A DNA stretch of 63,976 nt from Chiloscyllium plagiosum (taxonomy: Eukaryota). The stretch spans positions 68,372,425-68,436,400 of the forward strand of contig NC_057718.1 in assembly GCF_004010195.1 (NCBI RefSeq), in the 5' to 3' direction. The notes beneath the pieces are model-generated. The model was not told the origin of the DNA. It searched no databases and saw only the letters and a program-made list of their open reading frames with translations. Positions 38,250 to 49,620 of this stretch are shown piece by piece (the stretch's first letter is position 1; the number at the start of each line of letters is the position of its first letter). Position numbers and translations under genes: made by a program.

Positions 38250-39535
38250 TTATGGAGTTTTAGAGTTACACAGCACAGAAACAGACCCTTTGATCCAGCT
38301 CCTCCATGCTGACCAAGCATCCCAGACTAAGGGGACAATATCACTCTTAACCTCTCCTATTCATGTAACTGTCCAAATGTGGTTTTAAATATTGTAACTG
38401 TGCCAACCTTAACCATTTCCTCTGACAGTTCATTCCACATGTGAATGTGTGGAAAAGGTTGCCTCTTGTGTCCATTTTAAATCTTTCACCTCTCACTTTA
38501 AAAATATGCCCTCTAGTTTTGAATTCCTCTACCTTAGGGAAAGGACCTTTTGTTCTTCACCTTCTCTATGCCCCTCCTGATATAAACCTCCATAAGGTCA
38601 CCCCTCAACTTCCTAGACTCCAGTGAAAAATGTCCCAGCCAATCTAGCCTGTCTTTATAATTCAAACCCTTCAGTTCCTGCAGCATCCTTGTAAATTTCT
38701 GAACCCTCTCCAATTTAATAATATCCATCCAAAAGCATGGCAACCAGAACTGTACGCAGTACTCCAAAGGTGGCCTTACCAATGTTCTGTGCAATGCAAC
38801 ATGACGTCCCAACTCCTATATTCAATGGTCTGAGCAACAAAGGCAAGCATGCTAAACACCACCTTAACCACTCTGTCCACCTATGATGCAACTTTCAAAA
38901 AACTATTTACCTATACCCTAGATCTCTCTGTTCGATAGCACTACCCAGGGCCTTACCACTAATTGTATAAGCCCTGCCCTTGTACATCTTACCAAAATGC
39001 AGCACCTCAAATTTATCCAAATTACCACTATTTACCACTCTTTAGCTTGTTGGCCCAATTGATAAAGATCCTTTTATAATCTAAGGTAACATTCTTCACT
39101 GTCCACAACACCACCAATTTTGGTGTCATCCACAAACTTACTAACCATGTTTTCTAAATTTTCATCCAAATTCTTTATAGAAATGATAAACAACAGTGAA
39201 CCGATCCCTGCAGAACACCACTGGACACAAGCGTCCAGTCTGAAAAACAACCCTTCACCACCACCCTCTGTCTCCTTTTGGTCACGTCCTCAAAAAACTC
39301 AGTCAATTTTGTGAGACATGATTTCTCATGCACAAAGCCATGCTGACTATCCATTATCAGCCCATGTCTCTCAAAACACATGTAAGTCCTCTCTTAGAAT
39401 CTTCTCCAATGACTTATCCACCACTGATGTCAGACTCAGTCTGCAGTTCCTAGACTTGACCTTACAGCTATACTTAAATAAAGGCTTAATATTAGTCACC
39501 CTGCAGTCCTTCAGCACCTCACTTGCTGGCTGTAG
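38250..39535 (-). mobile_element. CR1 LINE, 5'-truncated, nested in copia
   Basis: Minus ORFs LVRPPLEYCVQFW and DSQHGFVHEKSCLT. Confidence 0.92.
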
Positions 39536-40059
39536 AAGATATCGTGTCCTAATTGTGTAAATTGAAAATCTGAAGATTTTCCAAATACAGTAGCTTTGTT
39601 GTTTTCCATATCCTATTTCAATTGTTCTTTTTCCATTAATCTACATAAGAAAGATATTTCACTAGTTGCTACATCCATGCTCATAAAATCATTCATATGT
39701 ACAAGAAAGAACCACTCATTTTTCAAAGATTTTAGTGTTTTATCGTGAAATCTGAAACTGGTAGATCTCTGATTGCTTAAAGTTGGCCTGATCCTATTAC
39801 TTGGAGTATCTACATAGCACTTTAATTCAGTCAATTACACAAACTGTATACATGCATTCACTTGCCGACATTACACAATTGAACAACGCAGCCACCTTAA
39901 GCATGAAGCCATAAGAAATAGGAACAAGAATAGGCCATTCGGCCCCTTGAGTTTTCAGTCTTTGATACCAGTTGTAATATTTCCTATCTTTGTCTGTCTC
40001 TTCTGTCTTTCTCCCTTCTCTGCTGCTTCTGTTGTCTTACTCTTTTATATACCATTTTT

Positions 40060-40690
40060 GTCTCCCTGTGTCTCTCTCTCCCTCTGTCTCTCTCTCTCTC
40101 TCCCTCTGTCTCTCCTTCTCTCCTTCTGCCCTTCTNNNNNNNNNNNNNNNNNNNNNNNNNNNNNNNNNNNNNNNNNNNNNNNNNNNNNNNNNNNNNNNNN
40201 NNNNNNNNNNNNNNNNNNNNNNNNNNNNNNNNNNNNNNNNNNNNNNNNNNNNNNNNNNNNNNNNNNNNNNNNNNNNNNNNNNNNNNNNNNNNNNNNNNNN
40301 NNNNNNNNNNNNNNNNNNNNNNNNNNNNNNNNNNNNNNNNNNNNNNNNNNNNNNNNNNNNNNNNNNNNNNNNNNNNNNNNNNNNNNNNNNNNNNNNNNNN
40401 NNNNNNNNNNNNNNNNNNNNNNNNNNNNNNNNNNNNNNNNNNNNNNNNNNNNNNNNNNNNNNNNNNNNNNNNNNNNNNNNNNNNNNNNNNNNNNNNNNNN
40501 NNNNNNNNNNNNNNNNNNNNNNNNNNNNNNNNNNNNNNNNNNNNNNNNNNNNNNNNNNNNNNNNNNNNNNNNNNNNNNNNNNNNNNNNNNNNNNNNNTCT
40601 CTCTGTCCCTGTCTCTCTGTCTCTGTCTCTCTCTCTGTCTGTCTCTCTCTCTGTCTGTCTCTGTCTGTCTCTGTCTGTCTCTGTCTCACA
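40060..40690. repeat. CT/GT-rich simple repeat spanning an assembly gap (N about 40136-40597)
   Basis: Directly visible. Confidence 0.9.
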
Positions 40691-41029
40691 TGTTTGTTTC
40701 TTTAGGTGCTGTGTTGAAGTATGATGGAGTAATAAGCTGTTGACTACATTTGGTAAAATTTGGCTCTCATCAGCTTCATTCCTCCCTCCACTCCCAATCC
40801 CTCGTAAATCTTCCCATTCCTCATTTTCATCTTTTCACCTCCATGTTACCCATTCCACTATTTGAATAAATTATTCTGTGTGACAGTATGTAACAAAGTT
40901 CTTTGAATATACCTATGTGCCATTTTAAGAATGATAATTTTTCAATGAAATGTAAACCATACTTTCTGAATTCAGTATATTACATACGTAATATATTAAG
41001 GACCTGGATGTGAGTGGCTGTGTGCAATT

Positions 41030-41321
41030 TTCGAGGAGAAAGTGAGGTCTGCAGATGCTGGAGATCAAAGTTGAAACTTTATTGCTGGAACAGCACAGCA
41101 GGTCAGGCAGCATCCAGGGAACAGGAGATTCGACGTTTCGGGCACAGGCCCTTCTTCAGGAATGAGCAGAGAGTGTTCAGCAGGAGAAGATAAAAGGTAG
41201 GGAGGAGGGACTTGGAGGAGGGGCGTTGGAAATGTGATAGGTGGAAAGAGGTCAAGGTGAGGGTGATAGGTCGGAGTAGGATGGAGGCGGAGAGGTCAAG
41301 AAGAAGACTGCAGGTCAGGAA
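41030..41321 (-). mobile_element. PLE family A 3' terminus, young
   Basis: Perfect 14-bp TSD ggctgtgtgcaatt (41016-41029 / 41322-41335). Confidence 0.92.
41128..41163 (-). ncRNA. Minimal type-I hammerhead ribozyme motif (family A)
   Basis: Reverse strand attc-CTGAAGA-a-GGGC-ctgt-GCCC-GAAA-cg-TC-gaat: 4-bp stem I, 4-bp stem II, GUC cleavage triplet, palindromic ACGT. Confidence 0.83.
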
Positions 41322-41598
41322 GGCTGTGTGCAATTACTGAGCCTGGCAGTGTGCAAGAAACTAATTGACATCAGTAAGAAAGGCCTGTGTTATGTAGCAC
41401 TTTTCACAAACTGAAGACAGCTCATAGCGAATGAAGTGCTTTTTTTAAGTTCCTGATATTAATCATTCCATTATTAGCTTTATTTTTAGCTGCCAAATGT
41501 CTAAGCTTTAGAAGTTCTTTATAAAATCTCTCCCATTCTCTCCTCCTTAATGGTGCCCTCTTCACTAAATTTATGGTAATCTGCCCTAGTATCTTAGT

Positions 41599-41798
41599 AG
41601 GAGAAAGTGAGGACTGCAGATGCTGGAGATCAGAGCTGAAAAATGTGTTGCTGGAAAAGCGCAGCAGGTCAGGCAGCATCAAAGGAACAGGAGAATCGAC
41701 GTTTCAGGCATAAGTCCTTCTTATGCCCGAAACGTCAATTCTCCTGTTCCTTTGATGCTGCCTGACCTGCTGCGCTTTCCCAGCAACACATTTTTAAG
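41599..41798. mobile_element. PLE family A fold-back mini-element
   Basis: 13-bp TSD ctagtatcttagt (41586-41598 / 41799-41811). About 80-bp inverted arms with the apex in stem II. Confidence 0.92.
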
Positions 41799-42224
41799 CT
41801 AGTATCTTAGTGTCAAATTCAATTTTCCAACATGCATTTGAAGAAGTGTTTGCTATGCAAAGAAATGTGGCAGCCAATTTGTGCATAACAACAAGTTCCC
41901 ACAAACACCAGTGTTAATATAGTGCTGGTCCCCATGGAGGTTGAAGCTGGGGAATTAAAAATGGGAAACAGGAAATAGCAAAGATTTTGAACAAATATTT
42001 TGTATCTGTGTTTATAATAGAAAACACAAAGCCTGTCAAGGTTAAGAAAAAAAAAGGTGCAAGAAGGAGAGAAGAACTTAAAAAAAAAACAACATAACAA
42101 GAGGAAAACTTACTAGGAAAAGTAATGGTTCTAAAAACTGTTCACTCCCATGGTGCTGATAGTCTACATTCTGGAGTCCAAAAATAAGTGGTTGCAGAGT
42201 CTCAGGCATACTGTAGTGTTCTAA

Positions 42225-42670
42225 TGAAGCTCACTGCAAGCTGGAAGAACAACACCTGATTTTCCACTTGGGAACTCTGCAACCTTCTGAGTTCAACAAT
42301 TTTAGGACTTCAGCACCTTCTCCTATGTCGTCATCCCAATCTCCACGCACCAGGCTTGTCATCACACTGGATGTTACCATACAGCCCGTTACCATACTCC
42401 TCCCTCGCAGATATTAATTCTCCCAGGTTGACCTTTATTCACCCTTTGTCTGTCCAACTATTTCTCTCTGTCTTTGGGCTTTATCTCTATCTATTGTTTA
42501 TTTGCTCCATCCACACCCCCAATTACCCCACCCCATCTTCTGCACAATATCAACTTTTTCCTATCTACCATCAGTTCTGAAGAACAGGCAATGACGTAAA
42601 AAGTTAACTCTGTTTTCTCGTCACAGATGCAGACAGACATGCTGAGTTTTTCCAGCAATTTCTGTTTTGT
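42225..42670 (+). mobile_element. PLE family D 3' fragment (GIY-YIG C-terminus plus UTR)
   Basis: CKLEEQHLIFHLGTLQPS, then ttctgaagaa...aaaagttaactctg...cagatgc terminus. Confidence 0.75.
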
Positions 42671-44241
42671 GACTGCAGAAATGATGCTTTAATCTTCAAA
42701 ATTCCTCAGATTCTTAAAATTTGAGCAGATTGGGAAACCACAAATTGAAAATCTCTATTCAAGAAAGGAAGGAAGCAGAAAACAATCGACAAGTTACTCT
42801 AACATCTGTGTCAGATTATTCCATATAGTTGTATAGTCTATGAATAGCTTAATCAGTTCACAATTGTTGTATGTAGATGATTTGGGTTTGGGATGGTCAC
42901 ATTCAAGGTTGCACAAGAAAGTCATGTATAACAGAACATCAGCTTAAAGCAGTCTTCTTATCAGCAGTTTGGCAAAGTCTGATTATTTCTAATATATGGG
43001 AATCAGAAATCCTAATATGATGGCAGTAGAATCTGTTATTACTATGTGAATTTTAACTTCCATTTAATTTTTATATTTGAAATCCTTCATGGACTAAAAT
43101 AGTTTCTAAAAATGAAGAAACGTGGACCTAAAATGGCTAGTAGTCACCTCTTCACAGATTAAGCATGCTTCACAAGATCCATGCTGAATAAAATTAAACC
43201 CAGATGTAATTTCATCTAGGTTGAAATTACAGTTTTTATCTGAAGATATTGATAACCAGGCAACTGAGTCAGCATCAAGAAATTTGTGTTTCGTGTTTAA
43301 TTCTGTGCATGGCAATTTTCACAGGTGATGAGGGACTCACCTATCAGCTGGTAAGCTTAGATATGTGATGGCAAATCAATATACACTGAATTACATTTTA
43401 TCTGTGGCTTTTGAGCAGCAGAGTAGAGATTTTCTCTTTGGCTGTCTCGCACTTCTGGGCTCTTGCTCTCTCTTCTGCTATAGATTTAATATTTTATGAT
43501 GCCTTAAATCCTCTAATGATTACTAAACTGCATGGCTCGATTTCTCCCTTTTTCTGTACTAGTTGCACTCCATTTTAAATGTTTTACTTGTATGTGATGT
43601 CACCTTTTCCTTTTTTTTTGAGAAAGTGGGTAAAAAAATTCCTCTTCCTATCAATCAAGAAAACCTTGGTAATTGACTCCATTTTCTGGTGAACTGTTTT
43701 AATTGAAGTGTGATACGTGCAAGTTAAAAATTCGTTAAAAATATCTGTGGCAAACAAGTGGCTTAAAAAGAGAGGATCTGATTTTCCCCTTCTCACCTGA
43801 TCATCATATTGAGTTCAACATTTTAAATTAATTTAATGTTGATTGGGGGAGAAAGGACCAATATTAGTGTCAGAGTGAAAGAAAGAAAAGCTATGTTGAA
43901 CAGCCCGGCAATGAATGCATAGCTAGAACGCATAATGAAGCTGATGTTGTCATTGGAGGCATTTCGGAAATTTAAATGAAATGCAGATTCTCATTCAGCA
44001 GTTTGAAGCCCTCTCCCAATTAACTTTTGAAAGTTCTTACCTAATACTATTAAAATTAGCCTTACTCCCGTATAGAAAATTCACTTTTAGATTAGGATCA
44101 TCCTTTTCCATAAATATTTTAAACGTAACAGAATTATGATTACTGGCCCCAAATGCTGCCCATTGAGACCTTAGTCACTTCCTCTGCCATGTTTTCCAAG
44201 AGAAGGTAAAGTTTTGCTTCTTCCCTAGTAGGTACATCAAT

Positions 44242-44812
44242 GTTGTGGTTCTGTTCGCCGAGCTGGGAATTTGTCTTGCAAACGTTTCGTCCCCTGTCTA
44301 GGTGACATCCTCAGTGCTTGGGAGCCTCCTGTGAAGCGCTTCTGTGGTGTTTCCTCCGGCATTTATAGTGGCCTGTCTCTGCTGCTTCCGGTTTTCAGTT
44401 CCAGCTGTCCGCTGTAGTGGCCGGTATATTGGGTCCTGGTCGATGTGTTTGTTGATAGAGTCAGTGGATGATTGCGATGCCTCTAGGAATTCCCTGGCTG
44501 TTCTCTGTTTGGCTTGTCCTATAATGGTAGTGTTGTCCCAGTCGAATTCATGTTGCTTGTCGTCTGCGCGTGTGGCTACTAGAGATAGCTGGTCGTGTAG
44601 TTCGTGGCTAGTTGGCGTTCATGACAACCGGAAGCGGCAGAGACAGGCCACTATAAATGCCGGAGGAAACACCACAGAAGCGCTTCACAGGAGGCTCCCA
44701 AGCACTGAGGATGTCACCTAGACAGGGGACGAAACGTTTGCAAGACAAATTCCCAGCTCGGCGAACAGAACCACAACAACGAGCACCCGAGCTACAAATG
44801 TTCTCCAAAACT
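44242..44812 (-). mobile_element. PLE family C (Poseidon-like), 5'-truncated, with inverted terminal repeats
   Basis: 13-bp TSD taggtacatcaat (44229-44241 / 44813-44825). About 156-bp near-perfect inverted arms. The centre encodes (-) HDQLSLVATRADDKQHEFDWDNTTIIGQAKQRTAREFLEA..SINKHID (GIY-YIG C-terminus). Confidence 0.92.
44702..44741 (+). ncRNA. Minimal hammerhead motif (family C); mirror copy at 44278-44317 (-)
   Basis: gca-CTGAGGA-t-GTC-acctagacaggg-GAC-GAAA-cg-TT-tgc. Confidence 0.8.
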
Positions 44813-44879
44813 TAGGTACATCAATATACTGAATAAGAAAATATTGTTGGACGTAGCAAGTTTCTTTCCATCTAAGCCC

Positions 44880-45130
44880 TAAATGCTGTGGCAATCCCAC
44901 AGTTGTACTCTGACCATGAATTGAATTTAATTTAATTAATCTAAGAAGTGTGACTGCCTCTAGAAAGTGTCCAGGATCTCTCTCCCCCTCCCTGATGTGT
45001 CCCAATGTCTTCAGCTCAGCCTCCAGCTCATCACCTCTGGGCAAAAGTTTCACTGGCAAACAACAGTTGCTGCAGATATGATACTGGATTGCACTGAGGT
45101 TCACATTCGGCAACAATATTTCATTAGTTT
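44880..45130 (-). mobile_element. CR1 ORF1 N-terminal fragment
   Basis: HICSNC..DELEAELKTLGHIREGE resembles the CR1 ORF1 zinc finger/coiled coil. Confidence 0.6.
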
Positions 45131-45173
45131 TTTAGCCATCTCTATTCTGCTGATAATGTCTCCTGATTTAAGC

Positions 45174-45350
45174 CAGAACAAAAATAAAATTTAGTGGAAA
45201 AACTCAGCATACAGAGCAGCATCTGCAAAGAGAAAGCAGTATGAAACATGAACTCTGCTTTCTCTCCACAGATCCTGCCATAACAGCTGAATTTTTCCAG
45301 CAGTTTGTTTTTGTTTCTGATTTCCAGCATGTCTTTGGTTTTTTTTTGTT
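45174..45350. mobile_element. Old PLE family D fold-back element
   Basis: Diverged inverted arms (atctgcaaagagaaagcag / ctgctttctctccacagat) with the apex at gaaacatgaac. Confidence 0.7.
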
Positions 45351-45739
45351 TCCTGATATAAACCAGTTGACCAATTGAAAGACATGGAAGAAATACCCAC
45401 CAATGTCATGTCACTCTTTAGCTCTGACAGGAAGAAACAAGTTCAAGGAGGCTCTCTGCCACCAGTTTTTATCTCCCATTGTGGCTGCACTTTGCATGTA
45501 GGTCTGCTGTTCTCTTATTGAAGCTGTCAACCTTTTCTCTCTTGTTTATAAAGCTGCAGACTCTGCTCTGTTTCCTGCTATTTATGAAGCTGCTGTTTCT
45601 GCTCCTGTGCTCTTTATGAAGTTACTATTCCCAGGCTGTCCTGGACTGTCAGAAGCTCTCTGTCTGCTTCACATTGGTGTTGACTTGGTATGTGCATTTC
45701 CCGTTTTGCTTCACAGTGATTGGACTGATGTACAATCTT

Positions 45740-46244
45740 CAGAGAACACCTCTGGGACACCTACACCAACCAACCCAACCTTTGGTGGAACACTTTAACT
45801 CCCCCTCCCACTCCGCCAAGGACATGCAGGTCCTTGGCCTCCTCCATCGCCAGACCATGGCAATCGAGGAAGAGCGCCTCACCTTCCTCCTGGAAACCCT
45901 CCAACCACAAAGGATGAATGCAGATTTCTCCAGCTTCCTCATTTCCTCCCCCCCCCCCACCCCACCTTTATCTCAGTCCCAACCCTCGGACTCAGCACCG
46001 CCTTCTTGACCTGCAATCTTCTTCCCGACCTCTCCGCCCCGACCCCCTCTCTGGCCTATCACCCTCACCTTAGCCTCCTTCCACCTATCGCATTCCCAAA
46101 GTCCCTCCTCCCTACCTTTTATCTTAGCCTGCTTGGCACTCCTTCCTTATTCCTGAAGAAGGGCTTATGCCCGAAACGTTGATTTTCCTGCTCCTTGGAT
46201 GCTGCCTGACCTGCTGTGCTTTTCCAGCAACACACTTTTCAGCT
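45740..46244 (+). mobile_element. PLE family A 3' fragment (GIY-YIG C-terminus, UTR, hammerhead core 46153-46180)
   Basis: 15-bp TSD ctgatgtacaatctt (45725-45739 / 46245-46259). EHFNSPSHSAKDMQVLGL..LQPQRMNADFS. CTGAAGAagggcttatgcccGAAAcgTT. Confidence 0.92.
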
Positions 46245-46356
46245 CTGATGTACAATCTTTCCAATCATATTCACAGTGATACTAATTTGCTGTACATTTC
46301 TTCCAGTGTGCTTCACTGCAATTTTCAATGTTGCACGTGACTCCCTAGTCTCCCGG

Positions 46357-47726
46357 TTAAAAATCACCCCAGATTATAGTCCAGTACATTTATTTGAAAG
46401 CACTAGCTTTCGAAGCGCTGCTTCTTCATCAGGTGGTTGTGGAATATAAGACTATAAGACACAGAATTTATAGCAACAGCTTTCAGTGTGATGTAACTGA
46501 AATTACATATTGGAAAAGAACTGGATTGTTTAAGTCTCTCGACTTTTAGAATGAGCATGCTGGTTTCGGTTCTTTCATATGTAAAGTGCAAAACGTTTTT
46601 AAAAAGTTATATTCTCAAGTGAACTTTAACAATTGGTGTCATGTCGGCCCAGAAAATGCCGTGAAGGTGTGAGACAGCCTGTGCAAAAATGGTCAGACTG
46701 ACTCTAATCTTAAAAAAACGGATTCACAGAATCTCACATGGATTCATGCAGTTTTTGAACAAAGTAAAATGTCATTCTGCAAATACAAATTCACTCCTAC
46801 AAGCGCGCACACACTCCTACAGACCCATACACTCATGTAGACCCTCTCTCATATGCTCACACATACCCTCCTACACTCTCTCCCTCTCACAGACTTATAC
46901 CCCTTGACACGCACACGCAACACGCACACGCAACATGCGTGCAGTCTCAAGGACACTCATAACCACCTCTTTCCCCCCCACCCCCCCACCCCCACCCCCA
47001 CATGCACACACATCCATATAAGTTTGCGGGGTGAATTTATAATTGCAGAATGATATTTTACTTTGGTCAAAAACTGCATGAATCCATGTAAGATTCTGTA
47101 ACTCCATTTGTTAGATTAGAATCAGTCTGACCATTGTCTGTGCCACAATGGTCAATGTGTGCATGTGGGTGTGTGTGTGGGGGGGGGGGAGCTGGTTATG
47201 GTGGTTATGTGTGTGTGTCTGTGCACCTGTAGGAGTGAATTTTTACTTGCAGAATGACATTTTACTTTGGTCAAAAACTGCATGAATCCATGTGAGATTC
47301 TGTAAACCTGTTTTTTTTAAGATTGGCATCAGTCTGACCATTGGAGCACAGACAGTCTCACACAGGGTAGCCCACACCTTCAATGCATTTTCTGGGAAAT
47401 TGTTAAAGTTCACTTGAGAATGTAACTTCTTTAAAAAAAAAAGTTTTGCAATTTACATATGAAAGAACTGAAACCAGCATGGTCATTCTAAAAGATGAGA
47501 GACTTAACAACAATCCAGGTCTTTTTCAATAAATAATTTCAGAGACATCGCACTGTAAGCTTTTGCTATAAATTCTGTGTCTTACGATCTTATACTCCAT
47601 AGCCACCTGATGAAGGAGCAGCGCTCTGAAAGTTAGTGCTTCCAAATCAACCTGTTGGACTATAACCTGACGTTTTGTGATTTTTAACTTTGTACACCCC
47701 AGTCCAACACCGGCATCTCCAAATCA
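46357..47726. mobile_element. Large PLE family B fold-back element (about 450-bp inverted arms, CA/GT-rich centre)
   Basis: 46357-46800 is the inverted copy of about 47228-47688. Imperfect TSD tagtctcccgg / tagtttcccag. One-sided tail. Hammerhead cores at 46402-46436 (-) and 47604-47638 (+), both mutated. Confidence 0.88.
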
Positions 47727-48599
47727 TAGTTTCCCAGTGATTCTGACTGGCTGTATAATCCTTCAAACCTTCAAATACTAATACTTAGAAATGTATTTTG
47801 GATTTCCTTTATTGTTAGTTATAATTTTTTTTTCATGATCTTTCTTTTGCTGCTTCTATTTGCTTTATCACTTCTTTTCTGAACTGTTTTTAAAAATTCA
47901 TTCATGGGACATAGGCATCACAGATTGTTTCGGTTTTAGTTATCGGGGGGTGGGGGGGGTTGACCTCTGCTTGATAACAATATCACATGGACTGAATCAA
48001 ATTGGCAAAAGACTGGTTTTTGTATTGCTTGGGACCACTGGAGGAGGCTGAGATGGATCGTCCACTTGGCCCTTCTGCTGCCTGAAGATTGCTGCAAATG
48101 CTTTTGCGTTATGTGTTGCTCTGATGTGTTGTGCTCATTCATCATTGAGGATGGCGATATTGTGGAGCCACCACCTGTGTTGTCTACCTCTCCATCACTA
48201 TTCGCATTTGGATGTGGCAGCACTGCAGAGCTTACCTCTGTGTTACTTGCCGCTTATGCCATTTGGTATGCAAGTAGTCCTATTTAGTCACTTCACCAGG
48301 TTGACACCTTACCTTAGGTATGCCTGGTACAGCTTCCCACTGGGGAGTATTAATCCATCTGTCAAGAGAGGACAATACATGGTAACCAGTAGAAGATCTC
48401 CTTGCCCATATTTCACCAGAAGCAATAAGACTTCAGAGTCTGGGGCCAGTGACTCCAAGGGCAATTCCTTCCCGACTGTGCGTCACTGTGATGCCAACTC
48501 TGCTAGGCTGTCCTGCCAATGGGACAGGACGTATACAGGGATGATGATGATGGTGGTGTTTGTAAGGTATGCTTTTGTTAGTATGATTACGTACTTGTG

Positions 48600-49255
48600 C
48601 ATGAAACACAGAAAACTAGCCAACAGGTACAGCATGTAATTGTAAAGGCCCTTTATTTCAAGGAGGCTGTAGTGTAAAAGTTAGGATGTCTTAACTGCAA
48701 CTGTGCAAGGTGCTGGTGAGACTTCATCTGGTGTACTGAGAGCAGATTTGGTCTCCTTATTTAAGAATAGAAATTATTTCATTGGAGGCAGTTCATGGAA
48801 GATTCACTAGGATGATCCTGGTATGAAGGGATCATCTTATGAGCAAACGTTAAGCAGATTCGGATTGTACTTATTGGAGTTTAGAAGAATGAGAGGTGAA
48901 CTCATGGAAACATTTGGGATTCTTAAGGGACTTAACAGAATAATTGCTGAGAGAATGTTTCCCTTGATGGGAGAGTCTAGAATCAAAGGGCTTAGGCCCA
49001 AAATACAGTAAATACATTAAGACTTGAGATGAGGAATTTCTTCTCTCTGATGGTTGAGAGTCTTTGCAATTCCTTGCCACACAGGGCTGGGGACAGAGTC
49101 AATGTATATATTGAGAACTAAGATAGATTGATTATTGATCAGTAGGGGAATCGAGGGTTAGGATGTCAGGAGTATTGTTGGACCAGCCAGTATCCTGTTC
49201 AATGGCAGAGCAGGCTTGAAGGTCTGAGCAGCCTGCTCTTGTACCTATTTCTAAT
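48600..49255 (+). mobile_element. CR1 3' fragment
   Basis: GLYLLEFRRMRGELMETFGILKGLNR. Confidence 0.88.
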
Positions 49256-49259
49256 AGTT

Positions 49260-49510
49260 AACACCACTCTGATGTCCTTGCAGATTTCTTCTATATCTTT
49301 CCCACTGGTTGGTGGTGTATAGATTACATTGAAAAATGTAATTGCATTATTCTTATTCCTTAATTCCAACCAAATTGTTTTTGTTCTTGAAACATCTGAA
49401 GCATCCTCTTCCTCCAGTACAGCAATATTCTCCTCAATGAAAATTTGCACCTCTTCTATTTTTTTTTTCCTGCCATATGTTTTCTGGACACATTTTAGCC
49501 AGGATTACTC
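49260..49510 (-). mobile_element. CR1 endonuclease fragment
   Basis: TIWLELRNKNNAITFFNVIYTPPTSGKDIEEIC. Confidence 0.75.
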
Positions 49511-49529
49511 AACACTGAGACCTGTGCTC

Positions 49530-49620
49530 ACAACCACCTGAAGGAGCAGCACTCCAAAAGCTATTGTTTCTAGATAAACCTGTTGGACTATAACCTGGTG
49601 TTGTGTGATTATTAACTTTG
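49530..49620 (+). mobile_element. PLE family B terminus fragment
   Basis: ccacctgaaggagcagcactccaaaagcta...aaacctgttggactataacctggtgttgtgtga. Confidence 0.8.

Larger units (their letters stand above)
35410..39885 (-). mobile_element. Decayed Ty1/copia LTR retrotransposon pol (GalEa-like), order PR-IN-RT, with three nested insertions
   Basis: Minus strand: PR FNCVMSASECMYTVCVID*IKCYVD and DMENNKATVFGK (39885-39540); IN CEICKKYQRT..PIASLLLARDLNEIIAMNL (38150-37930) and ALA*VIHAK..QMVGEYSPRQL (about 37600-37670); RT QELESWKEFGV, AKARL, SPMSGKAILK, KAAFL*G, KLNKQVHGLKD, KADPAMLYW, GIFMTNVDG, KYIGLEI (36410-35410). Confidence 0.85.

Noticed and set aside
41599..41798. DNA-transposon MITE interpretation of the palindromic elements
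   Set aside because: The arms are asymmetric with a one-sided tail, TSD length varies (12-16 bp), and the same termini are attached to PLE RT/GIY-YIG remnants at 45740, 58477 and 60148.
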